A DNA stretch of 63,888 nt, counting the filler, from Atractiella rhizophila (taxonomy: Eukaryota), in the NCBI GenBank assembly GCA_021432655.1. It is 5 parts of 5 records of this genome, joined end to end, with 100 filler letters (N's around TTAATTAATTAA, not from the genome) between each part and the next. Parts side by side here need not be neighbours in the genome. Positions count along the whole stretch, not along the records: positions 34,229 to 51,175 come from MU271886.1; 4 more parts are not named here. One strand, written 5' to 3'. The position numbers and the translations under genes are program-made. This document shows, in pieces, positions 38,090 to 50,384 of the stretch. Under the pieces are notes generated by a model. That model saw only the letters and a list, made by a program, of their open reading frames with translations. It was not told where the DNA came from and searched no databases. Position 1 is the stretch's first letter, and every line of letters starts with the position of its first letter.

Positions 38090-39620
38090 CTATGCGGTCT
38101 TGGTCATAAGATGTGGATGAAGCACATAATGAAAGGAGTTGTTGAGCTGGATGCCTTTCGTTAGCTCAATCACTTTCTGGTATGGTGACGGAGTGGAATG
38201 ATTCATATGGACGGCGTTCTAGCTTCACAATCAGGAAAGGGGAAAACCGTTATTAGCTGAAAATACGCACTTCTTTGAAATCGATTTTCGCATCGAGTCG
38301 GGCCTCCCGCACAAGGTTCACAATCCAGCGCTCGCCTTCCGCCTTAGATAGTCCCAGTCTGTCTGATAAATCGGCAATGTCTATCTTGCGATGAATTTTA
38401 CAGTAAACCTCCGAGACCAAGGCGCGGGCCCCTTCGAGGAACTCTTCCGAAAACTCATCCAAAAAGAAGTCCTGGCGCATCACATCTTCACATTTATCAA
38501 GTTCTTGTCGAGCCTGCTCGAAATTCACTTCTTGGTAAAGCTGGAAGACGAACTCGGTGATCGGGTCGGAATACTGATATTTTTCCTGCACGACGCCGCG
38601 AACAATCTCTCGGAGGGCATGATCAGCTGAACGCGAAGTATGACGCGATGATGGACTCGAAGACCTAGAGATGACGAGGGCGACCACAAGATAACGTAAC
38701 AAATGCGGCGAAGCTGTCTGAATCGCGTTCAAGTAGCTTTGAGAGAGCCAGCTGTCGACAAGAGCTGAGCGGCCGTTTTCCGCATTCCAGTAGACAAATA
38801 GACTCCAATGCAACCACCATGTTCGCTCCTTCAATCCGATTGTTCCTCCTCCACTCCCTCCCGTTGCTGCAGACACGGAACCGAATCGAGATTCAATGTT
38901 CTCTCGCAAGCGGTCCAGACCATCCAAAGCTGCAGTCCAGGAACCTTCCAAAATATCTGAAACCAGTTTGCCCCAAAGTGCAGATGTGACTAGCGCATTG
39001 TCGGGGGAGAGCACACAGAAATGGTAGAGGTAATCTGAGGATCCGCTGTAATGCCCAATTGTATATTGATAATGGCCAAATTGGTAGAGGTCATTTATTT
39101 GATCGATATTGAGCTGAGAACACCGTAAGAAAATCAGCGAGAGAGGAAGGAGACCTCACTCCATGATTGTCTTTCAGATAAGCTAAATTTTGCATCTTGT
39201 CTTGACGCAAAGCTGCAACTACTTCCGGACCAGAAATAACCTCCATGACTTTGACTGCTTTCTGTTGCAGATCGGCAAGCGTCTTGACAACTGATTCTTC
39301 CTTCTTTGCTAGATCTAGTTTCTTTCAAAACCCCAACTTGCGCCCCAACGAAAGCTGAGCACACCTTGATCAATTTGAGCTTCCTCGCTAGAGTTCTCAA
39401 TCCCCCTCCCAGCTCTAATCTCCTTCCTCAGATCCCTCAAATACGTTACCATATTAGTAGGTTTGAGCAGCTGAAACTTTGCCTCCAGCACCTCATCGTT
39501 TGTGCGAATGTTTTGCGAGGCAAGGAAGTCGAGCAGTGGTAAGGCGAGATGACGGTCCAAGTTGGGCAAAAGCTGGCTGGTGAGGTCGTAGGAGGACGAT
39601 GCGACTGCTTCTTGCGCCAT
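38090..39620 (-). CDS. INT6: Translation initiation factor eIF3 subunit e (PCI domain)
   Basis: YDLT..LDRHLALPLL.FL, TNMV.Y, ALWGKL, ERTWWLHWSLF, ERWIVNLVREARLDAKIDF. Confidence 0.93.
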
Positions 39621-39859
39621 GGCTACGAGTTACAATCTACCAAGATGGTCCACTCCAGAAAAAAAGTAAGTGTCCGTACACGGCGCACGCCACCGTACGT
39701 GTTGGGCTTAGTTTGCTGGTTCACTTTGCACAAAAGGGACAGCTGGAGCACTTGGGATGTTCATGACATTCAGGTCAAGAAATTATCAACTGCGAACTGC
39801 AAAGACTAGTTGCAAACAAAAACTTTAATAAACGAAACTGCAATAAACAGCGAACGGAA

Positions 39860-41117
39860 CTAAGTAGATGATTCCACTTCCATACCCTCCTCCTCCAACA
39901 CACCAGATTGTCTGCTTTCACCTGTACCGTCATTAACATCTGGAGAATCTAGACCAAGAGAATGCCCATAAACCAAAGCAGGATTGGCCGATACCGCGAG
40001 GACCGACGCCGTCCTATCTGCAACCTCGTCATCCCCGGCTCCGAGCTCTTGCAACTTTTGGGACTGGAGATAAACAATTTCTTGTAGATTTCGGATATAT
40101 TGGACCGTTTTCGTAAGAATTGACCCTTTGTTGAGCTTACTTTGAGCAGCAAGCGCTTGAGACGATTTCTGTCGTCCCTCTGGATCATCCAAATCCGGAT
40201 TAAATTCCAACATCGCTGGAGGGATCAATGTGGCAAGCTCGGCGATTCTGAAACTACTTAGTCAAGCCGAGTAGTAGGTTTAGACAAACCTCTCATTGAT
40301 GTTATCGCGTCGCCTGCGTTCAACCAAGTTCTAAGTTCCAGAATGTCAAGCTAGCGCTTTTGCAGTGAAGGAAATTCGTACATGACTTTCTCGCCTCTTC
40401 TTCTTCTTCTCTAACAAAACTTCGTTCCTATTCTCGACTATCAGTTCGACAGACCTTCAGAGGCATCGATACGCACAGGGAAACAGATTCCTCTTCTTTC
40501 CGCGGAAAAGACCGAGAACGAGTACCCTTGGACACTTTGGGAGCAGCAGCGACTCCCATGACCGGTGCACTCGCCGGGATCGTCTGGAGCCAATCATCTG
40601 GAGAACCGGAATAGCCAAACCCTGGCGATGGAGCATTGTTGAGCCAAGAGGAGGAGTAAACGGCGCTCGCGCCAGTGGTATTGGGAATGACAATCGCGCT
40701 CGTCGAATAGGACGTCGACGGATACGGTTGTCTCCCTCGTGTTGCGGGAGATGGCTTTCTCGTCATACCGGTCCGAGCAAGAGAGGCAACTGATGTCCTT
40801 CGGGTTGACATGAAGTCCTCAGAAAAGGGGGAGAAAGAGACTGGCGATTCGAGGGAAGGTGAAGCAGCATGCGTTGCAGGAGGTACATGGGTATGTGTAG
40901 GAAAATACGCTGCTGGATGAATCGGCTGATCCGACCTCACGTAGGGATCAGGGTTATAGTTGACAACATCGTCCCTCGTGCCGGTGCCTAAATCGTAAGG
41001 GCTGAAGTCGATGTAACCATTAGGTTGTTGATGAGTCCCTTCGGATGGGAGGGCGTGGTAGAAAGGCTGCTTGTTCGTAGGTTCTGTCAGGTCCTCCGCT
41101 CCAATGTAAAGAGACAT
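39860..41117 (-). CDS. bHLH transcription factor (Rtg3/MiT-TFE-like)
   Basis: KKKKRRESH|NLVERRRRDNINER|IAELATLIP ... LNKGSILTKTVQYIRNLQ. Confidence 0.88.
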
Positions 41118-41176
41118 CTTGAAGACAGTTTCCCGTCGTTGTTGCTGTTAGTGAATGGAAAAGGAGACACTGGGTC

Positions 41177-41187
41177 TAGGGTTAGGG
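41177..41187. promoter_or_regulatory. Telomere-repeat-like motif (TAGGGTTAGGG) in a very short bidirectional promoter
   Basis: Lies in the 98-bp gap between the divergent bHLH and RNB start codons. Confidence 0.45.
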
Positions 41188-41215
41188 CCTCCAATTCATC
41201 CGCGAAAAGTGATTT

Positions 41216-44200
41216 ATGAGCTCCCTTTCCCTCCCCTCCGCCCTCTTACGATGTCACACTCTTCCACGTGCAGTTCCCGGACGGCGCCCCATCAGTAGCC
41301 TTCGTGGAGAATCGCGCTGCTTTCACTCCGAAGCTCTTCCTTCGACGAACAAGTCGCGTCGCTGGTCAGACAGCAAATCGTCTCTTGCCCACCTCAAAAA
41401 TGATTCCTCCACTGCAGAAAGAGACGGTAATCCTGATTTACGGCGGAGGACAACTACCCGAAGGTCACGACCCGTGACTTTCCAGCGAACGGGTAAAGGA
41501 TTCGATCTCGAACACTTCCTGTCGTCCGCACTTTTACGTAGTAGCGAAGTGCCTGCTCTTTCGTTGGATATACCGGACGATCGAGTGAAGTCGCCTGAAC
41601 TGCATAAACAACACTATGCACAGGATATTCCTCCCGCCAAGAGCGTCGGGACGTTCAAACAAGAAGAAGTTAAGGAGGGTGAAGACTTGGACGATAGCAT
41701 AATCGAAGATGGATGGACGTTGCGCGGCAGAGTCGGGTCCAGAGAAGGTGAAATCAAATTCGGTGTCGCTCCTCTCGGGAGCTGGGTGGAATGTGGAAAG
41801 TGAGTTAGCTGCCTCGCGCCAGTTCGTGAGCTGACAAGCTCCCAGGCGTAACCGCAATGGTGTCCTACTCGAGAGACACGGCAACCGCCCCTCCTGTGTC
41901 TTCCATCACGTTGACGGTGTCGGCACACTGTCTCCTTCGGCAGTTCAGATCGTTATTCCTAATGTTGTGCCACTGAAACTAGCTGAGGCTGTGTCGACCT
42001 GTCTGAAGTCAGGAACCAGTATGGATACTCATCGAGTGGAGCTTGCAGACCATTGCCGCGCCTTCGAGCTTGACGTGGAGAAAGAAATGAAGCGGATATC
42101 CCACATAACTCACGAGACTCTCTATAAAAGATTGAGAGACCGCGATCCAAGAAAGGCGAGGAGAGTGACGTTGGAAGATGTCGCCCAAGCGATGTCAACT
42201 TTCTGCGCCGACTTCGCAAACTCACCCTCGCCAGCGAAAAAACTGGCAGTTTATAGACATCTGATTCGAGCGGACACGTACTTTTTCCACAACCCATTAG
42301 GCCAGACTACCTCCACTACCTTCTACGTTCAACCTTGGGAAGAACACCTCGAATTCCGATGTGTGGAGAGATGGGTGCAAGAACACTCGATTGAACTCAA
42401 TAACTTTCACATGAAAGTTCGGCAAGCTCATGCCTCTCGTCAACAATCCAATACGCCTAGCTTGCCGCCTTCTCCCTCTGCAGATCAACGCCTCCAGTTA
42501 AGTGCTACTGACTGGATACTTATCCGGTGTCTCTTGCGGCATCTGCTTTATTCGACGCGAGACCAGGCGTCTGCCTATGAGCTCATTGTTTCCAGGATCA
42601 TTGGCCCAGTAGTAGATGTTTTAGGTTTCTCGCAACAGTCCCTCATAACCCATGACAGCGTTACTTTCGACCTTCTCGTGGTTCTAGGAGTCTTTCAACC
42701 CTGGGAGTCAGCTGCGAGACTCAAATCCCACGCGATCATGAAATATTCAAACGGGAATTCCTTGAATTTCATAGGGAAGGGCGAGTTAGATGACTTGCTG
42801 CCCTCGATCGGTCACTCTGTGACAGCGCGGAAGAAAGATCTCATTCTCGAAGATGCGCACGACAGTGTTCGTCATGACTTCGGCCAGTTGCGTTACATTA
42901 TCATTGATGATCTGGACGCCCGAGAACTTGACGATGCGCTGTCGATCGAACCGGGGTTATTGCCTGGCACCAACTGGGTACATGTGCATATTGCAGATCC
43001 TACGAGGTACATTCAACCTGACCATCCACTCGTTACTCGTGTCCTGGAGCTTGGCTCCACCCAGTACACACCTGGAGATGTGCTCTCGATGCTTCCTTCC
43101 TCCTTTCTGGAAAGTTGTCGACCCAGTCTGGAAGGCAGAGCACGAGACTGTGACTTCCAAGTTGCGTTGACATTTAGTGGACTAGTAAGCGAGACTGGAG
43201 ATCTCCTTGAGTACCGGATTCGTCCGTCAATTCTTCGGAACCGAAGAGCCACGACTTATGATCGTGTAAACGTAATTTTGGGGATCCCAACACAAAGACC
43301 GTCGCCTGTCTTGCAACTCAATTGGTCCGAAGTGTACCCAGCGTCAACGCCGACGCGTGAACTTGACCATGTGGACGACTGTCAAGAAGACATTGTGATG
43401 TTGTCTAAAGTGCTAAAATCTGTTGCACGTCGACGCGTACAGGCTGGACTTGGATCCCAGTGGTACCTTCCAAGAGCTAATATTCTTCTTCGCGATCCTC
43501 CTGCACCCTCAAGTCTTGGCCATGGTCAAGAAGTGGCAAACACAACCGATCCCTCTATAGCCATTATTGTGGATTCAATGGAACAGCTTCAGACCTTTTC
43601 GGCTCAAACCATTGTTCAGGAGGCTATGGTACTCGCTGGCAGTATTGCTGCCCACTTTGCTCAGGAGAAAAACATTCCGGTGTTGTACCGTACCTTTGAA
43701 CCTGAGCCGGAGCAGCAACATCTGTGGGAGGAACGTTTACGCTACAGAAATCCGGAAACTGGGACGATCGGCTGGAAGGACCATCTACGACTTCCCGCGC
43801 TGCAGAAAGCTATGGTTAGCTGGCGGACCCAATCTGGGCCGCACTTTCAGCTGAACTTATCCAACGGCTACATGAAAGTCACCAGTCCCCTGAGGAGGGT
43901 TGAAGATTTGCTCGCCCATTGGCAACTGAAAGCTGCTCTGCTACCAACCTCCGCTTTAAAAATCAATCAGCATCCATTTACGGCTTCGCAACTCGATGCG
44001 TATGCGGCATACATTAGCCCTCATATCAAAGCGGCAAAAAGCGCTGAACGCTACAGCTCGGCGGCTTGGCTCAGCTATGTTGTGTCCCGCACTCTGAATT
44101 CGGACAACCCTGATGGTTCAGAAGCTAACCTGTTGCAGAACCTCACGGCATATGCAACAGAAGGTCCATCTTCGGCGAAGGGAGATACGGAACAGCGCAT

Positions 44201-44345
44201 GATGATCGAGGAGTTAGGCGTGTTGGCTAGGGTGGACCTGAGTGGGAATCCGGGTTTCCCAATTGGGTCCAAGGTAAAAGTCGCAGTTTCAGGTGTCGTT
44301 TCTGGTAACACACCGCGCTTGATTTGTCGACTAAACGGTGTATGA
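41216..44345 (+). CDS. RNase II/RNB-domain exoribonuclease (mitochondrial Dss1/Cyt-4-like)
   Basis: RHDFGQL.YIIDD.DARELDDALSIE, WVHVHIADP, QEAMVLAG, GPHFQL..Y.KVTSPLRR.EDLLAHWQ; Arg/Ser-rich N-terminus. Confidence 0.9.
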
Positions 44346-45394
44346 ACTGTATATCACAATCATCCAGCATTAGCACTCTGCTCGGTCAGTAGATCGATAG
44401 ATTGCGTGATAAGTCTATTTGCGTGGAAAAGCGCCACTTGATCAATATTTCGTGGGAAGAAAACTAAACCTAGTAATCAGAACTCTTGGTAATTGCTAAT
44501 GTGAGGCTTGATGTGAGTAGAAGCTAATTCTGGAATGACTGGATCGCAAAAGCGTCATAACTTGGCATTTTGAAAAACAAATCTGACATCATTTTCACCG
44601 CGAACTCAGCTTTGGTTGGTGGTCAGCCGAATCTAAGAACTGTAATCAAATGTTCACAACTGCGTCACTCTGAACTGCAGATAGATTCAGCTGCCCAGCC
44701 ATATCCCTGTTCCACATTCAGAAAGTAATAGCCATGCTGAGGTGTCACTGCCTGTAGCCTCCTGTCTATCATCCTGTGTTCAGCTCTGTGACCCTTCAGG
44801 CGTCCTCATGTGAGAGAACATCTGAATCCAGATGAGAGTGTATCCCTTAGTATGGTTGTGTTCAGCTGGTGATAACTAGATGAGGTCAGCCATTTGTCAA
44901 CTATATCCGGATGAGTTGGGATTTTGATCCATCTGAATTGAGATCTGTATTCATCTGATGATGAGCTGTGTCTGGACTCCCATTAGCCGATGTCAGCATT
45001 ACCCTCATCTGTGCGCATTTGGGTTGTCAGGCTGCCTTGGCCAGGATTATGTGATACTCTTGGTTGCATTTCTGTACATGCCTGGGTGCAACTGGATACA
45101 TTGACTTGAGTGAAATTATTCTGTTTTTACCATTTCACTGCACTTCTCCTGCTGCTTTTACTGACACTTACTATTTTTCAGAATCATAACAGTGTCTTTC
45201 TTTCAATGCTTATTACATTAGTATATTACAGAGATTGTTCACATTGTAGATCAAACCTCATGAAAATAACAAGTTAGCTGACACCTACATCAGTTAGGAA
45301 ATTTGAGAAGCTTACAGCTTTATCAGGTTGCCTACTAGTATTATACCAAAAGTGTATGTGCCTTTAAGCTTGTATAATTAATGAGGATACATAT

Positions 45395-45532
45395 ACCTAA
45401 GAGACAGGAGGCAGTGGTCAAAGATGATGGCCACCAAACAGCCTCCTAGGAAGGAAAACTATAAAGTGAGTTCACACAATACAGTTGGCTGATCACAAAG
45501 ACAACGCCATGCAAAGTAACACCTAATCCAGC
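45395..45532 (-). mobile_element. Degenerate copia-family LTR remnant
   Basis: Similar to the reverse complement of LTR 50385-50552 (GGTCAAAGATGATG...CCTAGG...ACACCTAATCCA). Confidence 0.6.
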
Positions 45533-45974
45533 TAATATAACACTCTATCTAACATGGGCCTCCTTCACTGTTACCTCTATGACAAAATTTTGATTCAGAT
45601 GTCTCCATAGCTTGTATAGCATCTAGAAGATGTGCTCCTGTGCTCCTACAGCCATAGCCTCCACTCAGTGACATCTATAAGACAAAAGCATGATGGGAAC
45701 AAGAGGTAGTTAATAGATGCTACATGCCTAGTCTTTGATTCCTCAACTCACCGGCTATTCTTCTAGCTGGACTGCTAACTTGACCTGTAGGATACATGTT
45801 GTATGGACTAGTGATAAAACATGATGTTTTTATGATTCAATCAACAGATGAACAATAGATGCAAAGTTTGAATGAAATATCTATATGCTTGCTGAGGTAG
45901 AGTGAGTGGAAAGGGATGAGTCAGGCATTGTTGGTAGTTGCCTCAATCCACTGTTGGCTTATGTGACGACAGTA

Positions 45975-46249
45975 TGAGAGAAATGGAGGCTTGACGAAGC
46001 TAGGGGACAGCAGTTGGTCGTCAAAGATGATGACATTGATAAGGAAACACATACCTAGGGGACAGGGATTGATGGTCAAAGATGATGACTGCCTAAACTG
46101 CCTCCTAGGGGTAAATTGGTGGTCAAAGATGATGACTGCCTAAACTGCCTCCTAGGGGTAAAAACCATGAAGTGAGCAAACACAACAAAGCAATAAAGGT
46201 GGCTGACCACACAAACATAAGACCATGAAATGTAGCACCTAATGCAACA
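45975..46249 (-). mobile_element. Solo LTR of the copia family with 5-bp TSD (CAGTA)
   Basis: TG...CA ends; homologous to the reverse complement of 50385-50552; CAGTA at 45970-45974 and 46250-46254; internal tandem repeats of the GGTCAAAGATGATGAC block. Confidence 0.8.
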
Positions 46250-46742
46250 CAGTATTTATTTCCTCAATTACCTCAAGGTTAAGATCTGTGATACCACCTG
46301 GAGAAGCATTGATATGAGAGGCAGTTGTTACATCTTTTATCTGGAAATAAGTGTGTCCTTCTTAACAAGTATGCCACAATACCCAACTAATTATTCGTTT
46401 ATCAGTTTGTAAAATTTGACAAAACAAATAGTAACTCCTCCTGCTCCTGGATCCACCTTCTTCATCTCTAGCATACCTCAAATGGCTTATCAATATAGCT
46501 GAACCATTCCTTGTCCCAGATCCCCTTAATGCTAATGTGATGGGTCGTAGAAGCTATAGCATGATACTATCAAATGGTCATTAAGCTTTAGTCGGCTATG
46601 AGAAAACTCAGTAATGACGTACGAGAAATATGTTACGAGCATCTACTAGCGTTATGCTGAGGTCGCTTTGTTAATTCGTTAGATTGGCAAGAGTAACAAG
46701 GAACCATTTGGAGTTGTTGGAATCTGCAAACTGACAAATTCA

Positions 46743-49700
46743 CATTTCTATGAAGATCGGACATTTGAAACTCAAATTTATCAATATGGCTGAAGAAAGT
46801 AAAAATTTGATCACCCCCTCGGAGAGCAGGGCTATGGCACCTGGTGCATTGTTATGCAGGCAGAATTGAAGCAAAAGGGGTTATGGAGATAGTCTCTGGA
46901 GTAGAGACAAAGCCAGAAGACTTGAAAGAGCAAAAGCAGTGGCAAGAAGACAGCTCCAAAGCAGCTAGAATCCTGTTTCTTAGCGTGGAAGCAACCCAGA
47001 AAGCCCATGTGGCCGGTGTCCTTCAAGATCTGGTCAAGATATGGTATGCTCTTCAAGACATACACCAACAGAAGCGCTCCTCCACACTCTCCTTGAAGGA
47101 AAAGTGAATCCCTCATCACCGTGTGTGCCAGAAGTGACCAACTGTTCCTGGACTTCACCAATATGCTGTCCAAGGACTACTCCCTCAATAATTTGAAGGG
47201 AATACACTAGTTTTGTCCAGAACATCACCCTCATGACCTCCACTGACCTTCAATCGATCAAACAAGCAATCTACTCAATCCAAGCCACAAAGAACTCAGA
47301 AGGTAGCCATCTCCAACACTCAAATAGCAAACCAAGCATCCAACAGCACCAGAGGATGAGGAGGATGGTGTCCCAGAGATGGTAAGGGTGGAGGAAGAGG
47401 TGGAACTCAAGATTTTTCACAACCAGTGTGCAACTACTGCCATAGGAAGTTGTGTCTCATTGCCCTGAAACCCCACTGGACACAATAGAATCTATTAGTT
47501 GTTGTGTTGTTTTGGTCATCTGCCGCTTATGACTCTTATGAGTCATCACTATGCCTGTAGTTTGATTCTGCCTAGAAGTATTGGTGCTCATTGTTGACCA
47601 CCAACTACTCCTAGCCTTAGATCCTTACAAGAAGCAACACAGGGTCTTTAATAGGTCAGCAGAGACTAGGGAGAAGGAGATATTGGGTAGAATCAGCTCA
47701 GACCTACATGCTGGATTTAGCCAATTGCACTAAAATGACCAGTCATTCCCAACAGTGCGGATTAACCCTTTATACCCAAGGTTCAACACCCTTCCCTAAT
47801 CTGTACTGTCTGCAACCACTTTCTCTGCCACAACCATTTCCTTCCATCATTTATAGTGGGGAAGAGCACCCGCTCAACAGCTTTTATAGTGGTTTTGCCC
47901 CACTCTCACAATATGGCTAAAGTGCTCAGACAGGGGTTCGAACCCGGACATGCAGGGTCAGCTCTCGCTACCATGCTGGATTTAGCCAATTGCACTAAAA
48001 TGACCAGTCATTCCCAACAGTGCGGATTAACCCTTTATACCCAAGGTTCAACACTACATGGACCTCTTCCAGTCACATCCAGAGAAGGAACCTTCAAGAA
48101 TTGGGTAGAGAATGTCGCTGGGAAGAAGATCAAGAAGTTTAGAGAGGACAAGGAAGGTGCTTATTGCTCCAAAGAATTCGATCAATACCTCAAGGCCTGT
48201 GGTATCCAGCGTGAACAAACTATCAGGAACTCTCCTCATCAGAACGGCAGAGCAGAGCGAGCCAATAGGACGATTCAGGAGACTATGGTCGCCATGTTTG
48301 AAGAATCGGGACTTCCACTCTTTCTCTGGCCATCTATTGCTTCAGCGGTCGTCCACATTCGCAACAGATCTTCCTCAGCTTCGATCAACCATGCTATTTG
48401 CCACGCGAAACTCACTGGACTTACTCCAACCATCTCAAGATTCAAAATCATTGGATGCACTGCCTACGTTCAAGTTCAGAAGGATGAAAGGGCACACAGC
48501 TTAGGATCTCATACACGAAAATGTGCATTTATAGGTTATTCCCTTGCAGCAAAAGGGTGGGAGTTCTGGGATCCTGTTGGAAAGAAGGTCTACACTCGAG
48601 ATGTTGCCAGATTTGATGAGAGAGAGATGCTCTGCAAGGTGAGGAAGGAGAAGATTACGTTGGAAGAGCCACAGGGACCACTTGATGAGTGGAAGGAGTG
48701 TCAGGATCAGGTGGGAGAAGGACAGAATAATGCTCCAGCCGCTCCTCCAGCTAGGATTTCACTAGATGACGACGATGAAGAAGAAGAAGGATGGATTCAA
48801 CAGCCAGGAGCACCTCCTACACCTCAGGAACAACTCAGACCGCTTGGAATACAGTCTCCAAACAGATTTCATCCCCTTGAGGTTGAAGAAGAACAAGATG
48901 AAAAAAGAGAACAGTCTCCAGACCCCCTACAGCTCGTACCTGAACGGCCTAATACACCCCCACCTCGTCAGTACACCATGCAGAGAGATCCTTGGACAGG
49001 AGTTCACATGCCTAGATTCTCAGAGTCTCCAGATCCCCTCCAGATCTGTCCAACAACACCAGATCAACCTCCTCCAGCAGCTTCGATACCTCCCCCTGTC
49101 ACCAGGCCTTCAAGAATTTATTCTACGAGTAGAGGACGACCTGTCGACAGATTTAGGACCCCAGAAGCGCCTCAAAACAACGACGAAGGGTCAACAGACG
49201 AGCTTGGGATGTTGGTAAAGGAATGTGACATCCTCACTGAGCCAGGGCGATGGAATACGGCTATATGCTTGTCACAGAGCATGCCATGAGTGCAGCAACA
49301 GGAGTAGAGGTCCCTCAGTCATATTCAAGAGCGATGGCAAGCCCTAATGCGAAGGAATGGCATGAAGCGACAGTGAAGGAGATTCAATCTCACTTGGACA
49401 ACAAGAGTTGGATTCTGGTCAAACCGCCTAAAGGAGCAAAAATCGTTGGTTCTCGATGGGTGTTTGCAGTTAAGAAGAAGTCGGATGGTTCTATTGAACG
49501 CTTCAAGGCCAGATTTGTCATCAAGGGGTTCTCTCAACGCCATGGATTCAACCACTTTGATACTTTCGCATCTACGGTCAAATGGGCGACACTTAGGACG
49601 ATTCTTTCGCTCGCTTGTGTCCTGGACATGGAGTTGGAGTCAGTGGATATCTCTACGGCATTCCTTAACGGTGATATGGATGCAGAGGTCTATGCACAAC

Positions 49701-50384
49701 AACCAGAAGGTCATCCACAGGGTCCTCCAGAGTACGTTCTGAAGCTAATCAAGGCCATCTATGGCACAAGGCAAGGAGGGCGTCAATGGCAGAAGAAACT
49801 CGATAAGGAACTCATTGATATAGGATTTAAGAAGATCAAGAGCGACTCTAGTCTGTGGATTTACTCAAAGGGGGACATCAAAGTACTTGTCCCAGTCTTT
49901 GTGGATGATATTATGATCGCTAGCACATCCAAGGGTGCTGTGGAGAACTTCAAGAGGGAGTTAGGGAAGCGATTCAAGCTCAGAGACCTTGGACCAACGG
50001 AATTCCTACTTGGGGTTCGTATTAGGAGGGATAGAAAGCGAAGAATGATGTGGTTGGATCAAGAACAGTATGTCAAGGACCTCCTAGAACGCCAACAGAT
50101 GGACAACTGCAACCCTGTCCTCACTCCTCTCAACGTTGGACACGGTCTCAGCAAGCAGGACTGCACTCAGACAAAGGAAGAACAAGAAGAAATGCGCACA
50201 ATCCCTTACAGCAACGTTGTTGGCTCTATGATGTACTTGGCCATCTCCACTCGTCCGGATATCGCTCACGCAGTCTCTGTCCTCGGAAAATACCTCTCTA
50301 ACCCAGGAAAGAAGCACTGGGAAGCGGCCAAGCATCTTCTATGATACCTCAAAGACACTCAGAATTTAGGAATCGAGTATTCTG
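46743..50384 (+). mobile_element. Decayed Ty1/copia LTR retrotransposon (gag fragment, integrase, RT)
   Basis: Frameshifted gag from 46787; integrase SDL|HGPLP, KFRED, PHQNGRAERANRTI; RT IVGSRWVF, RFKARFVIKGFSQ, DISTAFLNG, VFVDDI, TRPDIA. No 5' LTR found; interrupted at 47709 and 50385. Confidence 0.92.
47709..48053 (-). mobile_element. TRIM (terminal-repeat retrotransposon in miniature), 345 bp, non-coding
   Basis: Identical 80-bp LTRs at 47709-47788 and 47974-48053 (TG...CA); TSD CTACA at 47704-47708 and 48054-48058; PBS TGGTAGCGAGAGC (47973-47961); PPT AGGGAAGGG next to the 3' LTR. Confidence 0.93.

Noticed and set aside
45414..46162. Repeated GGTCAAAGATGATG units resembling a CRISPR-like array
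   Set aside because: Spacing is irregular, and the units are explained as LTR fragments in a eukaryotic genome.
47931..47973. Possible tRNA gene on the plus strand (GGTTCGAACC...CTACCA)
   Set aside because: There is no complete cloverleaf. The CCA end is the reverse complement of the PBS, and eukaryotic tRNA genes do not encode CCA.
47856..48058. N-terminal part of the 477-aa ORF, and the ORF at 47708 sharing MLDLANCTK...
   Set aside because: These are chance readings through the TRIM LTRs, fused in frame to the copia integrase.
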